Source: Candidatus Omnitrophota bacterium (GTDB taxonomy: Bacteria; Omnitrophota; Gorgyraeia; Duberdicusellales; 4484-171). Taken from it: 60,962 nucleotides of DNA. The position numbers and the translations under genes are program-made. How positions within the stretch are numbered: the first letter of the stretch is position 1; each line of letters begins with the position of its first letter. Shown here piece by piece: positions 51,101 to 60,100 of the stretch. The stretch covers positions 1-60,962 of the forward strand of contig JAQTOI010000003.1 in the NCBI GenBank assembly GCA_028713415.1. Reading direction: 5' to 3'. The notes beneath the pieces were generated by a model. That model did no database searches. It was not told where the DNA came from and saw only the letters and a list, made by a program, of their open reading frames with translations.

Positions 51101-54100
51101 TGATAGAGGCGCAAATCCATTGCACAGTTTCTATAAAAAGATGATTGCTATGCGTAACCAATCGCTTGCCTTGCAACGCGGGACATATGAAGTAGTGCGC
51201 ATTGATGATGAGCGGCAGCTCTTGGCATATCGCCGTAGTTACGAAGACGAAAATGTTTTTGTAGTGATAAATAATAGCGATAGCGAACGGATTGTTTCAT
51301 TACCGCTCAATTCAATATCTGGTATCCAACCTATTGTTAATCTCGTTGATGATAGGCGATACCAGGTGCAGGATGAAAGAGTAACTCTTACTTTAGCTGA
51401 CCGCAGCGGAGCTATTTTATCTGCCCTAGGCTGTCCAGCTAAAAGCTCATCCCCCTCGGCGCGAGATTTATCAATGGCAGTACATTTTTACGGCCGCGGC
51501 ACGCCTGAACGCATTCTATCAGCTAAAACATTGTCCAGCCCTCAGGTAGCCCCCCGCGCCCCGCCGCAGGAAAACGCCGTACCTAATCGTTCTTTTTTCA
51601 ATTCCTTAACTTGTGCATCTTCCAGTTCCTTGGAAGGGGCGCTTCGCAATCAAACTAACCGGCCGCAATGGCGCAATCAAGTTAAAAGAATCATACAGAT
51701 TACTGGCTGGACCGGTACGCTTATAAATTTGGCGATTACCCTTCTTTTCCTACCACAGATTTTACCTCTCTACATACCCTTAGCATTGGAAGGTTACGCG
51801 TTAGCTCTATATTTCTTCTGGCTGAGCCGGTATAAAGATTCCCGTTTATTCCAGATGGCGATGGCTGTTATCGGCCTTGCGTTTTTCTTTGGAGTTTTTC
51901 ATGTGGCATTACCGTGGGTTATTCCTGCCGTCAGAAACAGCGCAGAACGCACATTTTCTGAAGTCGCATTGATTATCGCGGCAAGATTTGCTCTTATGCT
52001 CCCTGCCATTTTTGCTTCCAAATATTTATGTACAAAATATTTTAAGTTTTTAACACCCAACCCGAAAGCTAATTTTGAATTCAAGTGGAAAGAGGAGCTA
52101 TGGAAATCATTTAAATGGGCGTTTGTCGGCGGAATAATCGCGGGTTATTACATTTCCTATGTAGTATACAATTTTCTTTCGGTAAATATCGATATCGGAT
52201 ATACAAGTTATATCCCGTTTTTGGAGGGAAATCTTTCCATATTGGCATTGAAGGCCGCCTTTGACTTGGGTCTGGCTACTATTTTCGTGCATCATGTCCT
52301 TACGTTAGTGGTGGGCCCGGCTTTTTGCGAAGAGATGAATCTTTTAAAGGAATGGGGTAAGGGCAGTGGCAGCTTAAAGAAGTACATTAAAAAACAATAC
52401 ACTATAGCGTCCCCTTTGAGTTTCTTATTCTGGTATCCGGCTGTTTTTCTTCTTTGGTATCTTTTCCCGCATTTATCACTGGGCATGATACTTACGCAGG
52501 CGGCATTTACCGTTGTTTGGACCGTAATTTATGAACGGATTGTGCAATTCTGGAAGAATGGAGATAATTTTGTAGATGTCGAATACAAAGAAAAAGCTTT
52601 AGGCAAGCAAAGAGCTGCTTCTTCACCTTCGGAAGATTTGTCCGGCGACAAGCTTGGGGCAAGTCTGGAAGCTGCCGCTTTATCATCGAAATTTAGCGGC
52701 ATAAATTTTTCAGAAAAAAAGTTCAGACTTATTGATAAAGTAATGTTAGAGATTGACGCAGAGATCCGGCAGGAGCATCCTGAAAAACTCCTGGCAGCAA
52801 ATCTCGATGTTCAATATCAAAGAACACCGTCGCTATACGCTGTTGCAGTAATTGAGGAATTAGTTAAAAGAAAATTGATGGCTTCGCACAATAAGTTCGG
52901 CGATGTGGGCGCAGGCACGGGCGCAATGCTTATCTTGGTCGTTGCTTTGACCCAGGCCGGGGAGGCAATAGGCATAGAACCTGATGGCTACCTGCGCCAA
53001 AAAGGCCGGGAGGCAATATTACGCCTTCAGAAAATGGGCGTTATCGATGAATCCCGCATAAGGTGGATTCCAAAGGGCTGGGAGGATTCGACCGATATAT
53101 TAGGCCAGCTCGATGCCGCATATTTATATTCTCCGGTTCAAGCCCCGGATCACTGGGCGATTGACGCCAAAGTGATACGTAGTTATATGAGAACAAATGC
53201 ATATCTGCGTGTTGCCGGTGTCGGACAAAGCGGTCCGGGCGCACTTAATAATTTTTCTTGCCTCGCACAAACTTCAGCTATCGGTTCGGAGGCCCTCACC
53301 AAAGCCCACCGCGTAGGCGAGTTTTGGTTAGGCCGCCAAGCGCCGGGCGCCAGCTCGCCAAATCATAATGTGCCTCTTTCAGACGGCATGGAAGTTTTTA
53401 GAAAAAGGGTGCAGCAGGCAACAAGAAGAAACGCGGAAGGGGAGTGTGGGCAACAAGAGAAGATAGATTCTTTGATTATGCAATTGCTTACTGGCAGCGA
53501 GAAACAACACTATGATGCGCTTGGGGAGTTAGTTGCAATCAGCGGATCTTCGCGTAAGCCTTTTTTCGGGCTGGGTGATACAAGCCTTAGCTTTAAAGTT
53601 CGCAAATCCCTGGGTGAAGCGTTAGGCAGCTTGGTAGGTAAAAGAATGATTCAGGTCTGCAGAAGAATTTTTAATGACGAGCGCATAGCTGGTGAAATCC
53701 GCCAAACTGCAGCAAGGTATCTGTTTAGCCTTGGTAAACGCGTTAAACCAAGAATGATGCGCACCAGCTTCCCGGTAGCAGCCAGGTCCAGCCGTTATAA
53801 TATAGTATGCGTATGTAAAGGTAATCTTTACCGGGGTCCCTTTTTGGAATTTATGATACGCGATTACCTAAAAAGAAGGAAGTGGGGAAATTATTTTTTA
53901 GTTCGTTCTGCCGGAACTTCGGCGTGGATAAATAGTGTAGATCGTGAATATGAACTAAAAAAGCAAGGGGAAATACAGCTTAGCCTCTATCGGCAGGTAA
54001 GCGTGACGGAATCGATGCAACAATTTTATAGTGGTATTTCTCCTCGCAGGTATTTGTCTGAGCGTATGTATAAAACTGCAGATGTAATATTAACAGTTAG

Positions 54101-57100
54101 CCCGGATATTAGCGCCGTCAAAAAATCTATTTTAGTTACCGAATTCCTGCCAGAATACCACCGGTATTTTCGTCAGCCTATTCCCGATTCCGTATGCCCC
54201 GATTTCAATCTGCTTATTGATTTATACTCCAGCTTATTAAGGTCCGGTTTAGGCAAGGCTATTCAGCAAGCGGTTGGAGAGATAAAGCAAGCAAAAAAAC
54301 AATACAAAGGAAATGAAAACAACAGGGATCAGGCCTCAAAATTAGAAATTGACCGCGCCAGCTCGCCGGAACAAAGAAAGCCCCTGGTTATCTGCGGTGT
54401 GCGCGTTAGCCCAGATATTGATGAAGAAGGAATCAAAAAATGGATAAACAGGATTTTAGGTAAGTTTCCAGTGCAACAGCATGATGTTTTTATCGGTTTT
54501 CCATCGCATCCTTACATAAGCGATATAACTATTGAAGGATTGCCTATTGGTTGCGTGGTTGGCTATAACGGCCTAACCGGTAATAGACAAGAGCGCGAGT
54601 CAGATTATGTTATCTATGATCATAAAGGCACTAGAAGTGTATTCTTCATGCAATATGGCTCTGCAGTCGATTTAGATAAGAGAGCGGTATCAGTTGGTTC
54701 GTGGCGGCTTATTGTTCCTTTGTGTGCGGAGGCGATTGCTGTTTGCATGATGGATACAAAAAGTTTATTGTGCGACGCTGCGTTCATTCCGATATACACT
54801 TTAGATAGGCATGGTGACATGTATACACAGAGATTTTATAGCGCTATAAGGAAACCGGTTATGGGTATGGATCAAGGGTTGCAGAGAACTTGGCGTGTTA
54901 TTACGCCAAAAGGGATATATGATTATCAAGGCCTTTACAATTGCGCAGTTGCTTTAACTATAAATTCAGACGGTCGCAATACGCTTGGAATTTTCCGTGA
55001 AGCGCAAGCCCGCGCGAGAAATCCAGAAGATAAAACTTCAAGCCCATCAAGCTCTACTATGGCTGACCCTTGGCACCCAAATGACCGGGGTTATGAAGTA
55101 ATGGCAGAGGCTTGGTTTAGAGCTTTAACTGACCCTGAGGCCGCAGTAATCGCTAAGTTATTAACGGGGACGTCGGCACGCTCCGCGAAAGCTGCGCAGA
55201 CCTCCAGCCCCGTGCCGGAAAATACAGGAGGGACACTTCCCGACGGGATTTTATCACCCACACCTTTAAAGCAATTTGTTTTTAATCCTGCAGAGCATCA
55301 AAACGATAAGCGTCTTGCGGGGGCTGTGATAGAGTGGTTCGGCGTTGCGGGAGATTTTAATTTATGGAAGCCGCGCGAATGCGATATCAGCAGAGTTTCC
55401 CAACAAGGTAAATACGAGATAACAATCGCTTTATCGCAAACAAGCCGTTATAAGTTTGTTATTAAGTTTTTGGGTAAAGCGCACCTTGAGTGGTTTACTG
55501 ATATTCATTCTCCCTTTAGAGATAAACGCGGCAACAGTTTTGTTATAGCTCAACCGTCGGAAGTTTGCCCCCATTCATATTATAGCGGAGGAATCGCAGT
55601 GCATAGAAGTAATGTGCCTGGGCTTAGCGCGGGGCAGGTGGTAATGAGTGTCCGCTTAGCTTCAGATATTATAAAAGATAGTCAGCAACTTTTAGTAGTA
55701 AGGAGAAGGCTTTGTGAATGGTATGATTACCAAGGGCAGCCACCGGTGAGGCACAAACACGATTTATTGCACTCAATATTACTGAGTAAGCTTGATTGCG
55801 GGCACGAAGTTATGCAATATTACTTTAAGAATTTCCCATGCGCTCTATATTTTGCAATTAGCGATGCAGCCGACAATGGCCGAGACAATATTGATGTAGA
55901 AGGAATAGCGGTAGTAACGTATAGGCCAGAAGGCATATCGGTAGATTATTTAGAGATTAAGCCGCAAAATAGGCTCGGCCCAGAACGATCACGCTTTGTC
56001 GGTGTAGGCCACCAGCTCATTTTTCATATTTTCCATAGTTTACTCAAAGAATCTCACGGTTTTCGTGCTAACCTCAATACTGATACTTTACTCAGCGATG
56101 GAATTGTAGCCGGCCAGTGGTACAGCACCGCTGAAATGGAGGAACGCGTGGTAGCGCGCGTAAGAAGGACATTGAAAATTTTTAATGAAAACGTTTATTC
56201 GCGCGATTCATTAGGAAATCAAGCAAGAGATGTATTGGCAGGGTGCCTAGATGACGCGATGCGATTGCGCACAGCGAGTTCGTCCCTCCTCAACAAGATA
56301 AGAGTTTCTCCACAAGGACATGCGATACTCTCATCGGCCTCTTTAACGTTTAACACGCACGAAAGAAGCGCATTAAGCTATAGGCTTTTTAGAGATCCTC
56401 ACAGTAGTAGCAGCCCAAGCCAATTGCCGAATATACAGAAGGTTGGCTCAAGTCCTCAAACCCCTGATGCTTCAAGTCCTCTTGACGGCAATCAAGCTCG
56501 TCAGCCCAACGCCGGGCAGTTGCCGCACGTAGAATTACAGTTAACCAACTATCAAGGAAGATACAAAGTGGTTCAACCACAACCCCAAGCTTTAGCCGCC
56601 AATGGCCAGCTCAGGGGCCACCTGGACGGTTTATTAGGCCTGCTCACCACGTATATGCCAAACGGCCCTCCTTTTACACTTATAATGACTGAAAATGCCG
56701 CAGGCATTGATCATACCCGTACTTCTCATATCCTCGATACTACCATAGTCGTTACTGCACCGGCAAGCAGAAGATTGACCGTACATTATTCATTTTTTGA
56801 TTTTCCTATTACAATCCAGGCTGATATTCTACGTATCCGTTTAAGTTACTTAAATGGTTTAACAGAGCCATATATTTATCAAACCGGACTTTCTCATTTC
56901 GCAACATACCGCAGAAATAATCCCCAGTCTCCGGATGAATTAACCAAATTTTTAGAAGAGGCAGCAAGATACGGTTATATATTGCCGGATATGTACCGAA
57001 TTACTTTAGAACAATTACAAAGGCTTCATTTTGGCGACTTAGACTTCCAGCTTTTTGTTGCCGAAGGAAATCATTTTCAGGCATACGAGAAACTTGGCAG

Positions 57101-60100
57101 CCATCTTATAACTACAGGTGGACAGCATCTCGGTACATATGTAGCAGTGTGGGCGCCTAATGCTAAAAGCGTCTCGGTTATCGGAGATTTTAATCAATGG
57201 GGTGTTACCTACAGCCATGTACTCTCGAATTATTCAGGTATCTGGCACGGTTTTGTTCCCGCACTGACTAAGGACAAGCGTTATAAGTACCGCATAACAG
57301 GCGCTGACAACGTAGTGCGTGACAAAGTAGACCCCTATGCTTTTTTTAATGAACATCCAAGCCGTGGCTATGAGCAAAGCACTGCATCACTTGTTTGGAA
57401 TTTAGATTACCAATGGCAGGATGCTGCTTGGATGAACGCCAGGCGTGCAACACAGTCGTATGGCAAACCTATTGCTATTTATGAAGTTCATCTTGGTTCA
57501 TGGATTCGCAGGCCGGATAACAGCCAACTCAGTTATCGGGAGATTGCTGAGCCGTTAGCTGAATATGTGAAGGGTATTGGTTTTACTCATGTTGAGTTCT
57601 TACCCATAACAGAACATACCTTTGAAGGTTCCTGGGGTTATCAGGTGAGTAATTACTTTGCGCCAACTTCGCGTTTCGGCACCCCCCAGGACCTGATGTA
57701 TCTTGTGGATTATTTACACCAGCAAGGTATTGGGGTTATTCTTGACTTTGTCCCTGCGCATTTCCCTAAGGATACGCAAGGATTAAGCCGCTTTGACGGA
57801 ACAGAGCTTTACGGCCATGCTGACCCGGCTAAGGGAGAGCACCCGCATTGGGGCACCTACATATTTAATTATGGCCGCAATGAAGTGCAAAGTTTCCTTA
57901 TCAGCTGCGCTTTGTTTTGGCTGAAAAAATATCATTTTGACGGCTTGCGTTTTGATGCTGTTGCTTCCATGCTTTATCTTGATTATGGTAGGGATGGAGG
58001 GCCTTGGGTTCCAAATAAGTATGGTGGAAACCAAAACCTTGAGGCAATAGAATTTCTATGGAAGATAAATTCAAGAGTTTTCAGCGAAGTGCCCGGAGTT
58101 TTAACTATTGCTGAGGAATCAACTGCCTGGCCCGGGGTAACTGCGCCGGTGGCCATAAGCGGATTGGGATTTTCCCTAAAATGGAACATGGGTTGGATGC
58201 ATGATACGTTACAGTTCTTAAGGACGGATCCATTTTTCAGGCACTATGACCTGGGCCGTTTTACCGGTATCTTAAATTACAGCTTTGACGAAAGATTTCT
58301 CCTTGCGCTTTCTCACGATGAAGTAGTGCATATGAAAGGTTCATTGCCCAACAAAATGCCTCAGGAGGATTGGAGGAGATTTGCCAATGTGCGGCTGCTC
58401 TTTGCCATCCAGTATGGTTTTCCCGGAAAAAAACATATGTTTATGGGTATGGAGTTTGGCCAATGGCGCGAATGGAACCATAACCAAAGCCTTGACTGGT
58501 TTCTTTTGGATGATTGGGATTCCTGGCATGCAGGTATGCTTAGATTAGTCAGTGATCTTAACGGTTTTTATCGAAGAGAACCTTCATTATATGAACGGGA
58601 TTTTGACCGCAGGGGCGTTGAAGTAATTAACTTTGATTCTGATAATACTGTTTTGTGTATTGGCCGCAGGGGTAAAAATCCAAACGAGATGCTTATTTGG
58701 GTTTACAACTTTACTCCGATGGTGAGATACGATTACTGCGTAGGTGTACCTTGGCCTGGCATATGGCAGGAGGTATTTAATAGCGATGCTCAAATTTACG
58801 GTGGTTCAGGAATCGGCAATCTGGGCGGTGTAGATGCCCGGGAGGTTCCTTTCCACGGACGTCCTTATTCAATAAATCTTACGCTCCCGCCATTAGGGGC
58901 GCTCGTGTTCAAAGTAGTACGCGCCTCCAGTTCTCTGTTTTCGACAAGGCCGTTTCCGGGCTCCAGCCCCCCAATGGCAAATGGCAAAGGGCGAATGGCT
59001 GATAGCAATTCAAAGACGCCGCCGCAACGCGGCTCCGGCCCCGCGCAAAAACCATCAAGGCCTCTGATTATAGAAACCGTAGTGGTTGATCAACATGAAC
59101 TTGAGATACATAAACGGGAAGAGCGTTTAGATATTGTGGGAAGAGCCGTTAATGTTCTGCATACTAAATCGCCTTACTGCGGTTATTTTGGTTTTATGGA
59201 TGACAGAGGAAGGGCAATCGTCCTGCACTATTTTATTATTTCTTTTATTGAAGACGTTATTGTAAGGGCGCTGGAAAACAAAGTTCCTCTTATTTGGGAG
59301 AAATGGGAAGGCAAACCCGTACAAAGATTGGTATTAAGAAGAAAAGTCGGAAAATTTATCCGAAAGACACTATCCAAGTTTACTTTGGATGATATTCATC
59401 AATTTCTTGTAAATAGTACCATTGACCATGAAGTAAGGCACATTGAAATAGAACGAGGCCATTTTATCCCCAATAAAGGATTTGTTAGCCATGTAATTGC
59501 CGATAATGGAGAGGAATCCAGAGCCTTTATCGCCAAAGTCGCCGGAGAAATAGATTGTATGTTAACGGGTTATGCCGATAAATACCCTCCGCAACTTGAA
59601 TTCCTGGTCGACATTGATATGTTAGCATCCCCCTCGAATGCGGTAGGGTATTTAGCTTCAGCTATGCTGATGAAAGAGCTGGTTGGCGTAGATTTTGTAA
59701 GTTATGAGCAGTGGGATGAGATTAAAGCTTTCGCGGCCATCGAACAATTACGCTCTTGTTTGGATAGGTTATTATTGGGCGGATTTGATGTAACCATGTT
59801 CAGGTGGAAAGCCGCCATGGTAAAAGAAAAAATTGGCGCAGTATCTAATAGAAATGGGCGTTCCTCAAGTCCTTCAACCCAACGAAAAGCTGACGCTGTA
59901 AAGAGTAAACAGATCATAAATCTAATGAGATTTAACAATCGGTTGCGGCAGGATAACGCCAGTTCACCCCTAAGCATTCAAAGTAGCTATTATCCTGCAA
60001 CTCTGTTTGGAAAAAACGTACCTGCTGACCAAAGGCAAAGAGAAAATTTTATGTTCTATCTGCGCCAGGCCGGAAAAGAATTAAATACGGATTTTGATTT

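Noticed and set aside
51690-52555. CPBP/CAAX-type intramembrane protease call for the polytopic membrane block, based on 'GPAFCEEMNLLKE'
   Set aside because: Only an EE pair is present. The EExxxR Arg and the downstream FxxxH / HxxxN motifs are not in the expected order. It is kept as a generic membrane module.
53361-53786. HEAT/PBS-lyase-like repeats ('DSLIMQLLTGSEKQHYDALGELVAISG'; also 8600-8760, 'LVPILENQDLEILHRDVVEAIGRF')
   Set aside because: These are single weak repeat-like segments, with no clear array.
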